Source: Azolla caroliniana
Taxonomy: Eukaryota; Plantae; Polypodiophyta
NCBI GenBank assembly: GCA_043228905.1
Contig: JBHGNT010000017.1
Location: 12,648,001 to 12,712,000, forward strand
DNA: 64,000 nucleotides
Reading direction: 5' to 3'
Shown here: positions 1 through 13,600 of the stretch, piece after piece
Layout of the letters: every line of letters begins with the position of its first letter
Numbering within the stretch: the stretch's first letter is position 1
The notes under the pieces: model-generated
The model's database searches: none
What the model was told of the DNA's origin: nothing
The model's input: the letters and a program-made list of their open reading frames with translations, nothing else
Made by a program: the position numbers and the translations under genes

Positions 1-1700
1 AGCGTAATCACAGCCGTGCATACACGCGTATGCCCGAAGCGTGCACACCACACAATGTAGCCTAAGTCACCTTGAACATTCTGTGTTCCACACATTAATA
101 GAATGAATATGTTTTGGCTTCCCTTATATATCCTGGGTTCCAATGTTGTCCTATCTATGTGGGATATCTCACAGTTTTGTCTTTTCTTTCTTCTTTTTCA
201 AACTTCACACTCACATAGCTTGATACTTGTTTATCCGTTTCATGCGTAGTAAAATACGCTATGAAACTCTTGAAGACACCTATCTATATGAATACATTAA
301 GCTAATATTAAATAATTATTTTACTACTTTTCATATTGTGTGTGAAAAACCACACGACACCGTGCTCAGCCGGTAATTGCCTGCTTTACCCTTTCCTGCA
401 AGCTTAGACCACCAGCGTTATTTCTCTTTGGCGCACTCCATGTCTCGTACCGGCCAGAGGGTCCGGCCCCTCCGCGGCTTCTTCCATCAACCGCTTCATT
501 CTGTCGTGCCCGGTATTCAACTATAGGGCTTTTCGGGTTTTGCTCTCGTGCACCCGCCCATTCCAGAGGTATACTACATTGCTTCTAAGTGCCTCCGTAT
601 ACTCCGTGCAATCTTTTCTACCGTGGCCGACCGCATCGCACTGCATGCATCATTGTCCGGCCGAGGGCCTCCGGTCGCACTTCTTTTCACCACTGTCTCT
701 CCTGGCCTATATTTGTCGAAACGGCTACAAACCCTTTTTACCATGGCCCAGTCGGACATGAGCCCATTGTCCGTCTCCAATAGGGGACCCACCTTCTCTC
801 GATCCTGCACATCCACGGACTTGATGAACAACAGGACACGACTCGTGTCGAGCACGGTCCTGTTCAACGCCGAGAGATGAGCACACTGTTTCTCGAATTC
901 TTGGAGGAGCACCGACGTGTTCCTCCCCTTTCTCGGGCTTTCAAACCATCCATAAATTCCGGTTTCGATAACAGATGTGAATAATCGAACTTGTACCTCT
1001 CAAGGAGCCCCCCTTCAAACTCCGCCCAAGTCTGGCAACCGGCCTACATTTTGAGCACCTCCGCGTGGATGCTCGGCATCACCACCTGAGGGAATATGGA
1101 CAGTGGTCTATCCTCTGGAATGTTCCTCATTATCAGTTCAGCCTGGTAGGCCTCGAGATAGCTCGTCACGTTCTTACCTTCAAACCGGCCTATTGTGCCA
1201 ACGATCGTTTCGATGGCTCGATCGAGGGTACTCGTACCTTCACGAGCATTCACTAGTCGGTATACAGTTGCCACCATGGCTTCGATGAGTTCAGTTCCCC
1301 TCATCTTCACACTCCTCTACCGCCTGTTTCACATCGGGTTCACCAAATTTATGTCGCGTAACTACGCGTATGCTTGAGAAACGAAGGCAGGACCGTAGGG
1401 GTCCTGAACCGAAGAGCGTAAGAAGAAGGAGAGGAACAATGAGCACAAGTTGTGCAAGACGTTGGGGGCCGCGAACACAGAGCTTGTCCGGCTCGGACGA
1501 AACTAGAGCAACGCTAGAGACACATAGAAGAGAAAAAAAGAGACCACAATCAATTAAGAAAACCAGGTTACAACCGACATGCCGGTAGCAGAGATTTATT
1601 CATCCTATTAAAGTTCCGACATCATACCAACCTAGCATAGTCCTAGGTTATTTACCAGCATAGTTTATAATTAGCGAGTATCCGTGCACACTGCGGTTCA
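1..1700 (-). mobile_element. Decayed tRNA-Trp-primed Gag-only LTR element (clade D relative): partial 3' LTR 1-359, gag-like internal region 360-1351, partial 5' LTR from 1352
   Basis: LTR terminus TGTCGTGTGGTTTTTCACACAC (minus strand, starting at 359) recurs at 51819 and, with one mismatch, at 53293. PBS at 1328-1345 reads TGGTGAACCCGATGTGAA on minus. ORFs 1044..1310 and 574..912 (GRFEGKNVTSYLEAYQAEL; LLFIKSVD..NGLMSDW) align by eye with ORF 54550..56382. Right boundary approximate. Confidence 0.7.
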
Positions 1701-1749
1701 CATGCCTTTGGTCTCCATTTCTTCTTGTAGCCGGTTTTCCCCACGACAA

Positions 1750-4700
1750 CGTACTACATGTTCCGATAATTACGAAGAACTTGGTGTCGGTTGGACATAT
1801 TGTCGATCAGGGGATGCAGGTATGGTGTACACATCTTGGGTGCCTCATCGAGGAAGAAGGCCAGATCATCAATGACGTTGGCATGGCTCTGTTCCCAAAA
1901 GGACAAAAAGTCGAGTCGGATATCCACTTGTCGCACAAAGGGAATCAACCACGTCAATTATCAAAGGCTTTAGAACCTATAGTCGAAACAGGTCATGTTC
2001 GAACAGCCGAAATTCAGTGGCTGGAAGGTGCAAATTTGTGAAACCTTCCAACTAGGGAAGCAACATTGGATTCCATTCCCCACCGAAAGAAACCAGTGTC
2101 GTCACAAGCTTGACTTGATACATTCGGATGTGTGGGAACCGGCACAAAACATTCATCTTGGCGGGAGCCGATATTTGGTCTCCTTCATGGACGACTATAG
2201 CCAGCACACGTGAATCTATCTCATCGAGAAGAAATGCGAAAATTCTTTGACTGTTTCCGGAACCTACAAAGTCTTATCGGATGGGAAACAAAGAGAAAGA
2301 TCAAGTGCATGCGGTTGGATGGCGGAAAAGAGTATTTTTCCGGCCAACTCAACAACTATCTATAGCAGAAAGGAATTTGGAGGGAATTCAACTACTGATA
2401 TATGCCGGAGCAAAATGACATTGCCGAGAGGAAGAACCGATCGATTGTGGAGGCGGCAAGGACGATGCTTGAGGAGAAAAGTATGCCCAAGTTCTACTGG
2501 GCTGAGGCGGTCCAAACGACCATCTACATCCAAAACCGGATCACGAAGAAAGTGTCAGCACATGAACTGTATTTCGAGCTGAAGTCAAATTTAAAGCACC
2601 TTAGGGTATTTGGTAGCATAGCCTATGTGCATGTACCGAATGAGAAGTAGAGGAAGCTAGAACAAAAGTCGGAGAAGTGCATTCTAGTCGGCTACTCTCA
2701 TGAGCAGAAGGGGTATAAGTGTTGCAACCCCTCGACAAAACAAGTTCGAGTAATCCGAGATGTCAAATTTGATGAATCAACATCCTTGTACTCCCTACTG
2801 ACTCTAAACCCCGACTTCGACCCAATTCCGGAAGATGAGTCCAATGAGCCTGAAATGATCCGGGCATAAGAGGAAGAAGATTTCGGTACTTTAGATGAGT
2901 GTCCGATCTCATTCCAATTGATTGGGACGAATGAAGAGCCGAGTCGGAAAGACTAGCAGGATGATGAGCCAACGAGTAGTGGAGACTCAACCGTGCTCTC
3001 CCTGCACAAGGAACCGAGGAGACGGTTCATGTGCAAAGAGAAGGGGAAGAAGACGATGTCGAAATACGATACTGGTAGAGATGAGTCGGATCGGAGCGAA
3101 TTTGACTCCGGATAAAAGGAAGACGGACCTTCGGAATCGAAGTCCAAGTTGGCGAAGATGGCCCTTAAATCGGCTAACGAGAAGTTACGCCGATCGACCC
3201 GCCAGAAGAACCCCATAAAATGGTATGGGTATAATGAGTACATGACAAAAGTGGCGGAAGTACATGAGCTAGAGAGCTACACAGATGGGGTGAAAGATGC
3301 GAACTGCCGTGCTGCGATGGAGGAAGAAATGCGGGCACTCGATTGCAATGACACATGGATCTTCGTAGATCCTCCCTGACACTGTAAACTGATCGACTGC
3401 AAGTGGGTATTTAAGGTGAAGTACAATGCCGACGGTTCAGTCAACTGGTACAAGGCTCAGTTAGTGGTGAAAGGGTATGCGTAGATCCACAGAATTGATT
3501 ACGACCTTCGCTCCAGAAGCGAAGATGACGACGGTTCATGTGGTGCTAGAAGTTGCAGTGGCAAGGGGGTGGCATCTTCACCAAATGGATGTGAAGAATG
3601 TGTTTCTTCAAAGTTATCTTGAAGAACAAGTCTATATGACCTAGCCCCCGGTTTTTAGTCGAGGATGAACAAATGGGCACTGTACGGACTCAAGAAGTCA
3701 CTTTACGGATTGAAGCAAGCTCCCCATGGTTGGAATTCAAAAATCACGCACCGGTTGCGTAAGATGGGGTTTTTGGTCTCAAAGTCTAACTCTTTGTTGT
3801 TCATCCAGAAAGACCTGGAAGGTTCGGTATGTATTTTACTATACGTCGATGACTTGGTTGTTATCGGACCCTATCTCACTAAAATCGGGCAAGTGAAGTC
3901 CCAACATGTCGGATGCATTCGAAATGAAGAACCTAGGGGACCTTCATTACTTCTTCGGGATCAAAATGATCCATACCTACGACAACATATTGCTCTCACA
4001 GTGACACTATGTGTTGAATATCCTGTACAAGTGCGTCATGACCGATTGCCGACCGGTGTCCACACCCCTAGACCAGAACCTGAAGCTTCGTCTCAACTCC
4101 GGACTTGCCTGCAATGAGAAACGGTTCCGAGAAATTGTCGGAAGCCTCATCTATCTTACTATCACCCGACCCGATATCAACTATCCTGTCAGGATGATAA
4201 GTCAGTTCATACAGTTTACTCAGGTATGCGAGTGACACTAAGGACCGGGGGTTGTTATACTGACAAGGTATAACCGAAAACCTAGTCAGATATACAGATG
4301 CTGATTAGACCGGTGATAAGTTAGATTGACGGTCAATATTCGGATTTATGTTCTCTCTTGGTAGTGCGGCAGTTGCATGGAATAACAAAAAGCAGCCAAC
4401 AATGGCTTTGTCAAGCAATAAGGCTGACTATTGGGGAGTTACCGTTGCTACCTATGAAGCCATATGGCTTCGGTGGCTATTGCAAGACCTCCAGATCGAA
4501 GTACCGACTCTAATCCTGATTTACTACGACAACATGAGTAGTATGCAGCTTGTCTTCCATGCTCGCACAAAGCACATAGAAGTGCACTACCACTTTTTGC
4601 GCGAGTGGATCCTAAGCGGTGAAGTCGAACTCTGGTATGTTCAGACGGATAGGCAGGTTGCCGACAGCTTCACCAAGGCACTTGGAACCAATAAATTGTA

Positions 4701-5530
4701 ACATTTTTCGAAGATGCTTGGTCTTCAGAATCTCGACATGCCGCACTTGAGGGGGAGAGAGGAAGAAACCAGAACGGAAACTGGCAAAACAGGCAAAGGC
4801 ACCGGACAAGCAGTCGGAGAGAAGAAAGCCAAAATAATGGGAGACAAGATGAAAAAGGGAGCCGAGTCGATTGAAGAAGTCGGCACATCCGAAAAAGTCA
4901 GAACAAGCGGCGATAGCGGTAGAGTCAAGAAGCATAGAGTTGACCGGAAAAAGAAGGCCAAGACCCGGACATGGTCCTATGTGGTAAAGGGCCTAAAGAT
5001 TAAAGACGAATTGGAGACAACCAATTCGGATAGTAGCTAGAACGAATTAGAGGCACCTGATTTAGAATAGGCGTTTGATTCGGAGGAGCCGAATCAACTA
5101 AAGACCAAATAGCAGAGAAGGCAACGGAAGTCGACACCGACACGGAGGAACCGATAGGTTGAGAAGTGCCAAAGTCAAAGCAACAAAAGAGCTGAGATGG
5201 GCCTTTTGAGCAGATGTGTCAAACAAGCAGGTCAAGATGCGCAGAACCGGATGGGTCGTGGAAAACGGGACCGGACGGGTCAAAGAGCACGAGCAAGGCG
5301 GGAAGACGCCAGGAGGAGCTAGAGGAAAGGACCAGTATACATTGACACTACGATCCGACCACAAGTTGAGCTTGAGGGGGAGTGTTGAGCGGACAAGTTC
5401 AACCGGATTTGGATCGGGTGAATAAGTCAGAGCTGGATCGGTATCCGGAACCAGAAACCATATTAGAGAGCCAGATCGGATTGTATCGGTAGGCCATTAG
5501 ACCTGAGTTGGTATCCTGATTTGTCTTAAC
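1750..5530 (+). mobile_element. Degenerate Ty1/copia (family B): pol remnants (INT-RT-RNase H), 3' extension, PPT and partial 3' LTR from 5383
   Basis: Fragmented ORFs carry LIHSDVW, PEQNDIAERKNR, LKKSLYGLKQAP, LLYVDD and RTKHIEVHYHF. Many stops and frameshifts. TTGAGGGGGAG at 5372-5382 is followed by TGTTGAG. Confidence 0.9.
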
Positions 5531-5536
5531 CAATTC

Positions 5537-6488
5537 TTAATGGGCATAGACCAAGGCTATACTCAGTGGAGGCATTTGAATTCCCATCCCTTTATTCCTT
5601 GTGTTTCGTTGCCTGCCGACTTGCTGCGATTCTCTTTCGTCCTCTGACTCTAGTGCTCTTAGCATGGCATACTGGATCATCTCCCAATCCTTATGTTCTT
5701 GCGTCAATTGATTTGAAGCAAACTGTAAGCGCTTAGCTAAGCAGTCCACCAATTCATATGTTGTTCCGAAGCATAGTATGGCTACAATTTCATGTGCCAC
5801 CAATGGTATGTCTGGTATTCCCAAGATCTCATTTGGAGATACTTCTGACACTTTTTCCCACTCCATAGTTCCTTTTAGAATGTATTCGATTGGTTCTACA
5901 GTCGTTGTCAGTCGATCGACTGCTTCGTCTTGTCTTTGATCTTCTTCACCGACTAACTTGTTTCCTGATTGTGGTATTCTGTATCGGCTCATTGTGATGC
6001 TAACTGACTTTTTTCTTTAGGCTATTGTAGTGGAGAAGATGTTGTTTCTTCCGGTGCGTGGCTTGTTCCTTGTTGTATCCTTGGATCTTGTGCCTCCGTA
6101 CTGGGTGGTTGTTGCTGATTGTTGGGTGTCGGCTTTGTTACTTGCCACTCCTCTTGTGGTCTTGTTAAGATTGTCCTTCTTACCGATTGTTGTGGGAGTG
6201 CTTGTGATGAATGCCCCTTTCCAATACTCGGGGTCTTATGTCATGTAGCGGCGACTGGCATGGGGCATAATACAATTAACCACCATGCAAAAATCGGTTC
6301 ATGGGTTTTCCCTTCCTAGCCCTATGTAATTGTGCACTTAGCGCGATACCGGTAATCCATCCCCAATCAATTTTCTCACGCTCGTATGTTGCAATGATCA
6401 AACCGGCCCTCTGCTTGGGCATGCAATACAATCTTGGGCTTACACAAGGCACATCCAACAGAAATGTCACCATATCATGAAAGAACAA
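5537..6488 (-). pseudogene. Decayed ORF of unknown function, probably an accessory ORF of a retroelement
   Basis: Two co-oriented ORF pieces (6276..6488 and 5537..5992) with protein-like composition, separated by a T/S/Q-rich stretch. No recognisable gag/pol motif. Confidence 0.35.
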
Positions 6489-6546
6489 ATCATTGCCTCA
6501 TTGTGTCATGTAAGTTTTGGCTAAATGAGAATACTCACCAAACTAA

Positions 6547-6770
6547 TGTTGGAAAAATAGGTTCCTTTGGATGGAAAGAGCACTACACCGGATCAGACTA
6601 TTCTGGAGGTGAGAACCGGATGAAGATTGGCAATGGCTGGATCGGACGGATCCGGAAGGCATCTGGCCGGATCCAAAGATGAATCTAGAGAAGGACATAT
6701 TTGTAAATATGTTCAATTAAGGCCTATTGTGGCAACATTTGTAAATAGCCCTAAAGTTATATTAGTATTG
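6547..6770 (+). repeat. 5' fragment of a family A copia LTR
   Basis: Starts TGTTGG and contains GACATATTTGTAAATATGTT and ATTTGTAAATAGCCC, as in LTR 35101-35768. Confidence 0.6.
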
Positions 6771-6823
6771 AAAAGAATTACATATGGAATCTTGAAGACC
6801 TAACCGAATTCATCGGATGTTAA

Positions 6824-9800
6824 TGTAAAACATACACAGGTTTAATGGAAGCTTCAAAACACACAAAGAATACACGAGAGAGACAGAGAGAGTAGAACAA
6901 CATAAATCAATTCAAAATAACACTTTGTACATACAATGTGCTCAGAGAGCACTTTTATACATGTTCTTAAAAGGACTGACAGAAGTACTGTCATGTACTT
7001 CAATGCTCATACGAGCGATTGACACTAACTCCAAGATATATGCCTACATACTAGGTTAGGACCGTAGGCATCTAACGGCTTATCGTTTACAAACCGATCT
7101 GGCTCTAGGCTCCGAATACTGATCCGGTTCTCTGTTCTGGACTCCGATCCGGATCCGGATCCAGTTCAGCTTGTCCGCTCAACACTCCCCCTCAACCTCA
7201 ACATGAGGTCGGATCGTGGTGTTAGTGTCTGCACATCCTTTTCTTCGGCTCCTCCTGACATCTTCCTGCCTTGCTCGTGCTCCTCGACCAATCCAGTTCT
7301 TCATTCCACGACCTTCCCGATCGGCTTGTCTGCTCATAAGGCCATGGATCTCAACTCCACTGATATGGCTTTGGTGCTTCCCGACCCATCGGTTCCTTAG
7401 TGTCAATGTCGATTTCCCCTGCCCTCTAGTCCATTCACCTTCAGTTGATCCGGCTCCTTCGAATCAAATACCTCTTCCGAATTCGGTGCCTCTGATTCAT
7501 TCCAGCTCTTGTCCAAATTGGCTGCCTCCAATCCATCCTCAATCTTCAGGCCCTTAACAACATCGGACCATGTCTGAGTCTTGGCCTTCTTCTTCCAGTC
7601 GGCTCTATCCTTCTTGACTCTGCCATCATCGCTGCTTGTTCCGACTTGTTCAGATTTGCCGACTTGCTCAATCTACTTAGCTCCCTTTCTCTTCTTGTCT
7701 CCCCCAGTTTCGGTTTCCTTCACTCCAGTTGTTTGTCCGGTGTTTTTGCCTATTTTCCCGATTTTTGTTCCAGTTCTACCCGTATTAGTACCGGTTCTCC
7801 CCCTCAAGTGCGGCATGTCGAGATGTTGTAGCCCAAGCATCTCCGAAAAATGTTGCAACTTGTTGGTTCGAAGTGCCTTGGTAAAGATGTCGGCAACCTG
7901 CCGATCCGCCGACATACCGAAGTTCAACTTCACCATTGAGGACTTCTATGTCCTTTGTTCGAGCATGGAACACAACATTTTTGGCAAGCTACATGCTGCT
8001 CATGTTGTCGTAGTAGATCGGAATCGGAGTTGGGACTTCGATCGGAAGGTCTTGCAGGAGCCGCCAAAGCCAAATCGCTTCACATATGGTAACGGTAGCG
8101 CCCTGATACTCAGCCTTTGTGCTTGATAAGGCCACTGTTGGCTGCTTCTTGCTACTCCACGCAACAATCACGCTACCAAGAGAGAACATAAATCTGGAAG
8201 CGGTAGCGCCCCGATACTCAGCCTTTGTGCTCGATAAGGCCATTGTTGGCTGCTTCTTGCTACTCCACGCAACAGTCGCGCTACCAAGAGAGCACATAAA
8301 TCTGGAAGTTGACTGACGATCCGGCGCATCACCGACCTAGTCGGCATCTGTATATCCGACTAGCTTTTTGGTTATATCGTGTCAGTATAACAGTCCTCGG
8401 TCCTTAGTGCCGCTCACATACCTCAGTATTCGGTGCGTGCATTGAAGGTGCTCCATGGTGGGCTTCTGCATAAATTGACTGATCACCCCGACTGGATAGC
8501 TGATGTCAGGTTAGGTGATAGATGAGGCTTTCGACAGTTTGTCGAAATAGTATCTTGTTGCAGGCCAGTCCGGAGTAAGGACGACGCTTTAGGTTCCGGT
8601 CAGGGGGAGAGGACATTGGTCGGCAATCGGTCATAACGAACTTGTACAACATACTCAACACATAGTGTTACTTTGATAGCAGTATGCCGTCGGGGGTATG
8701 GATCACTTCGCTCCCTAGGAAGTAATGAAGGTCCCCCAGGTCCTTCATTTCGAAAGCATCTGATAGTTGGGACTTCCCTCAGTCGATTTCAGCGAGTCTA
8801 GGTCCGGTGATGACTACATCATCCACATATAACAAGATACATGCTAGACTTTTCTGGACGAACAGTGACAAGTCGGACTTGCAGGTCACATACCCCATCT
8901 AACGCAACCGATGCGTCATCTTTGAATTCCAAGCTCGGGGAACTTGCTTCAAGGCATAAAATGACTTCTTGAGTCGGCACACTGCTGACTTGTTCATCTC
9001 CAATTGAAAACCAGGGGGTTGGATCATGTAGACCTGTTGTTCAAGATAGCCTTGAAAAAACACATTCTTCACGTCCATTTGATGAATATGCCACCCCCTT
9101 GCCGTAACAACCGCTAGTACCACACGAACTGTCGTCATCTTCGCTACCAGAGCAAAGGTCTTATCGTAGTCGATTCCGTGGGTCTGCACATATCCTTTGG
9201 CCACTAACCGGGCCATGTACCGGTTGACCGAACTGTCGGCATTGTACTTCACCTTGAATACCCACTTGCAGTGTCAAGGAGGGTTTAGAGTGTCAGGGAG
9301 GGTCAACCAAGTCCCATGTGTCGTTGGCATCGACTGCCTGTATCTCTTCCTCCATAGAGGCACGTCAATGTGCATCCTTTGTCGCTTTTGCGTAGCTCTC
9401 GGCCTCATGCACTTCCGCCACTTTTGTCATGTAAGCATAGTCATGCGCCATGTACTCATTATACCCATACCGTTTTATGGGGTTCTTTTGGCGGTTTGAT
9501 CGGCGTAACTTCTCATTAGCCGATTTCAAGGTCCTCTTGGCCGGCTCGGACTTCGTCTCCGAAGGTCCATGTTCGTTCTTTCTGGAGTTGGATTCCCTCC
9601 GATCTGACTCTACTCTACCGGTGTCGTATTCCGACATCTTTTTCTTTCTCCTCTCTTTGCCAACGAACCGTCTCCTTGGTTTCTTGTGCGGGGAGAGCAT
9701 GACTCAGTTCCACTACTTGCTGGCTCTTCATCTTGCTGGTCTTTCTAACTCAGCTCTTCATTTGGCTTGCTCGACCGAAATGAGATCGGACTCTCATCTA

Positions 9801-9894
9801 GAGTACTGAGCTCTTCTTCCTCTTCTTCCTGGATTGTTTCGGTCTCATTGGCCTCATCTTTCAGAATCAGGCCGGAGTCGGTAAAGAGTACCAT
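6824..9894 (-). mobile_element. Degenerate 5'-truncated Ty1/copia (family B): RT-RNase H, 3' extension, 3' LTR 6824-7184
   Basis: ORFs 8899..9252 (ARLVAKG, QMDVKN), 7989..8297 and 7673..7936 (ADIFTKAL). PPT complement CTCCCCCTCAA at 7185-7195 abuts the LTR end ...CTCAACA. Confidence 0.9.
8093..8308. repeat. 108-bp in-frame tandem duplication inside the copia RNase H
   Basis: ORF 7989..8297 repeats a 36-aa block (SLGS..VAWSSKKQPT.ALSSTKAEY.GAT) twice. Confidence 0.9.
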
Positions 9895-10330
9895 TGTTAT
9901 GGGCATGACCATATAATATCCCGCGGTGAGAATTTACCATAGTATTCTATACACATGAATAAAGTATGAGGGTTAAACAAGAGTGTAAAGAAGGGGAGGA
10001 TTACTTTTAATCCTCGGGATTGAGACAACCCATTAGGCAGGGTGTGAACTTGCCTGGGGCCTTAGGTCTAGTTACCCTCATTGGACACATGATCGACTAC
10101 GTCAAGACTCCGTCATTGTGGTGGGTCAACACTTGTAGCCAGTGTGCCAGCACTAGGTATGACTCGACGCCACATTAGTGGTATGGGACGCCGATCGAGG
10201 CTCGAGTCCATCTCGATTCCTTTGCTCGGGGGTGGTCGGGTGGATTGGCACCCTTCTTTCTCTCTCTCCTTTCTTATTAATCTATTATATCCTTATCATA
10301 TGCTTACTTTACATCATATCCCTAACGAAT
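9895..10330 (+). repeat. LTR of gypsy family C (internally deleted copy)
   Basis: Starts TGTTAT. Homologous to 49134-49168 plus 49851-50014 and, inverted, to 30174-30410, where it is followed by an iMet-like PBS. Confidence 0.65.
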
Positions 10331-10552
10331 GATGTAATTGAGATACGTAATCGAGGCATATAGCCTCTACGCACACGAAATATCCAAAAATAAGGTGATG
10401 CACCCTTCCTTCTCTCTCTCCTTTCTTATTAATCTATTATATCCTTATGATATGCTTACTTTAGATCATAGCTCTAATGAATGATGTAATCGAGATACGT
10501 AATCAAGGCATATAGCCTCTACGCACACGAAACATCCAAAAATAAGGGTGAA
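10249..10552. repeat. About 152-bp tandem duplication spanning the LTR-C end and its flank
   Basis: Units begin CACCCTTC at 10249 and 10401 and match with scattered substitutions. Confidence 0.85.
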
Positions 10553-10689
10553 TGCAATATACAATTGAGGTATTGACCTCTTACGCATACGATACCAATC
10601 ACATATCATTTACATAGAGATCGAGGTATTCACCTCATATGCATATGTAACATATGTATGTGAACGTAATACGCGATTGAGGTATTAAC

Positions 10690-13600
10690 TGTGAGGAATA
10701 ACGCTCGACCACAACCAAGACTCAAACACTTTATGAAAGAACAAAAACAGAAGTGGAGGTCTGTACACTTACACTGAAGAGACGACACAGGATGTTTACG
10801 TGGAAAACCCTAGCATGAAAAAAACCACGGGAGCCAATGACCTCCAACTATCACTAAATGAGGAAGGAGGTACAACAGGAGACTCAGAGGCAATGACCTC
10901 GAGCTCTATGTCTTCGCCAACCGTTCTGTGTACAGTGATGATACAACAACTACCACAACAGTAATTTTGTATCTCACACTCTCTCTCTTTCTCACGTTCT
11001 GTGTACAATGATGATACAACAACTACCACAACAGTAATGTGATTGCCCTAAGTCATATTTATACTTATATGATTTTTGGGCTATTTACAAATATAGCCTC
11101 AATAGGCTCACCATCCGGATTCACTCGATCCGGTTTCCGGGTCTCATCCGGAGGAACCGAATTCCCAACAAACTCCCCCTTCACTCAGGCATGGGATTTC
11201 CTGTTAGTTAAATTCATCTTCGGCATGCGTCCAACTTGTCGGTTGAAAGCACCTTGGTGAGCATATCTGATCCATTCTCTTTCGTGTGGATCTTCGTCAA
11301 CACGAAGTCTTGATCTTCTACCTTCTCCCGGAGCCAATGATATCTTCTCTAGATGTGCTTAGTCCGGGAATGGTAGGCCGTATTCTTCGCAAGGTGGATG
11401 GCACTTTGACTATCGCACTAGAGCCAAATTTCCTTCCTAGCTCTCCAATAAAGTTCTTCATCCAAATTACTTCCTTGCCGGCTTCCACAACTGCTATGTA
11501 CTCCGCTTCCATTGTCAACAGTGCAACGGACTTCTGGAGCCTCAACTGCCATGATATGACTCCTCCTGTATAAGTCATCACGTATCTGGAAGTGGACCGG
11601 TTGGTATCCACATTAGCCAACATATTCGAATCCGTAAAGCCTTCCAGTTGGGGTTTACCTAAGCCGAACCGGAGGCACATACTCGAGGTCCCTTTCAGAT
11701 ACTGAAGAATCCACTTGACTGCATTCCAGTGCTCTTTTCCCGGATTACTCATGAATCGCCTGACTACTCTGACAACATATGCAACATCCGGTCGGGTGCA
11801 CACCATAGCGTACATTATTCCAAAGGCAGAGACATATGGTATCTTTGTCATATCCGACTTCTCTACCTTTGTCTTCGGGCTCTACTTTCCGGACAACTTG
11901 CAGTTTGCCAGTAGTGTCGATCCCACCAGTTTCGCCTCTGACATGTTGAACTTTTGAAGCACCTTTGTCACGTACTTCTCCCATGACAACCACAAAAGCT
12001 TCTTCAACCGGTTCCGGATGATGTGCATCCCTACTATTTGTCTTGCCGGACCCAAATCTTTCATTAAGAAGGTCTAGTTTAGGGCCTTCTTCAGCATTTG
12101 GATCTTGATTCGGTCTTGTCTGACGATCAGCATGTCGTCCACATATAGCAGGAGTATTAGGACGTCGCCTCCATCAAATTTCTTCATGAACACGCAATGG
12201 TCAGCTTGCATCTTGTGGTACCCTTGGTTGGTCATGAAGGAGTCGAACTTTCGATACCATTGCCGGGGAGCTTGCTTTAGTCCATATAGGTTCTTCTTCA
12301 ACCGGCATACCAGGTGCTCCTTCCCTTTCTTCACAAATCCCTCCGGTTTCTGCATGTAGATCTCCTCTTTGAGGTCCCCATGAAGGAATGCCATTTTGAC
12401 TTCCAGTTGCATGACCTTGAGGTCCATGTTTGCCGCTATGCTCAGCACCATCCAGATGGAGGTCATTTTCATTACCGGGGCAAAGATCTCGTCGAAATCC
12501 ACTCCTTTTTTCTACACGAATCCTTTCACCACAATCCAGGCTTTGTACCCTGGTGGATTTCCGGTGTCTCGCGGTTTCAACTTGTACACCCACTTGTTCC
12601 GGAGTGCCCTCTTTCCTTTTGGCAACTCCATCAGTTCGTATGTGTGGTTCTCATGCAAGGAATCCATTTCTTCCTACATGGCACTTAAACACTTGCGGTT
12701 GTGGGTGTCTTTGTTTGCTTCCTCGAAGCTTTCTAGCTCCCCTTCATCGGTTAACAGCACATGCTCTACATACGGAAATCTCCGGGGGGCTCTTCTCTCT
12801 CTTAGATGATATATCTGTTCTTGATTTCCAACCACCAGTTTCTCCATTTTCTACTCATCCAAATCGGATTCAGGGTGTTGTTCGGTTTCAGTGTCTTCTT
12901 CTTCTTCGTTTTCGGTCAATTCAATTTCTTGTCCGAATCCGGTGGGTTCATCAAGTGTCATCCGGTTACCGACCAACTTTCGGTTTTCAATCGAGTAAGT
13001 CCTTGTGTCCTCAAACCGGTTTTTGATGGTTGATCTGGAGTTCATCATCTTCTTCTCTGACTCCCAATCGACAATGGTCTTGTCTTCCACGAAGACTATG
13101 TCCCGACTCCGAAACACCTTCTTGTCGACTAGATCCCACACTTGGTAATCGAACTCATCATCGCCGTATCCAAGGAATATGCATGTCTGGGACTTCGGGT
13201 TCAACTTTACTCTCTTTTCCTTTTACGACATGCACATATGCGAGACACCCGAACACCTTTAGATGTGGGTAAGACACGTCTTTACCGGTCCATACTCTTT
13301 TTGGTGTGTCTCCTTCGAAGGATGCTGAGGGTGATCTATTAATCCTGTACGTCGTTGTCATTAGCGCCTCAGCCCAAAATGTCTTGGATAACTTTGCATG
13401 TGCTAGCATGCTTCGGACTCTCTCCATTATTGTCCGGTTCATCCGTTCAACCAGGCCGTTCAATTCCGGTGTCTTCGGCATGGTGAATTCGAGCCGGATT
13501 CCCATTGACTGGCAGGACTCCTCGAATTGCTGCTGACATTCTCCTCCATTATCTACTCGAACCACCTTTAGCCTCCGGTCGGTTTCCCTTTCCACTCTCG

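Noticed and set aside
2760-9894. Large inverted repeat formed by two convergent family B copies
   Set aside because: The copies are substantially diverged with independent lesions; consistent with two separate old insertions.
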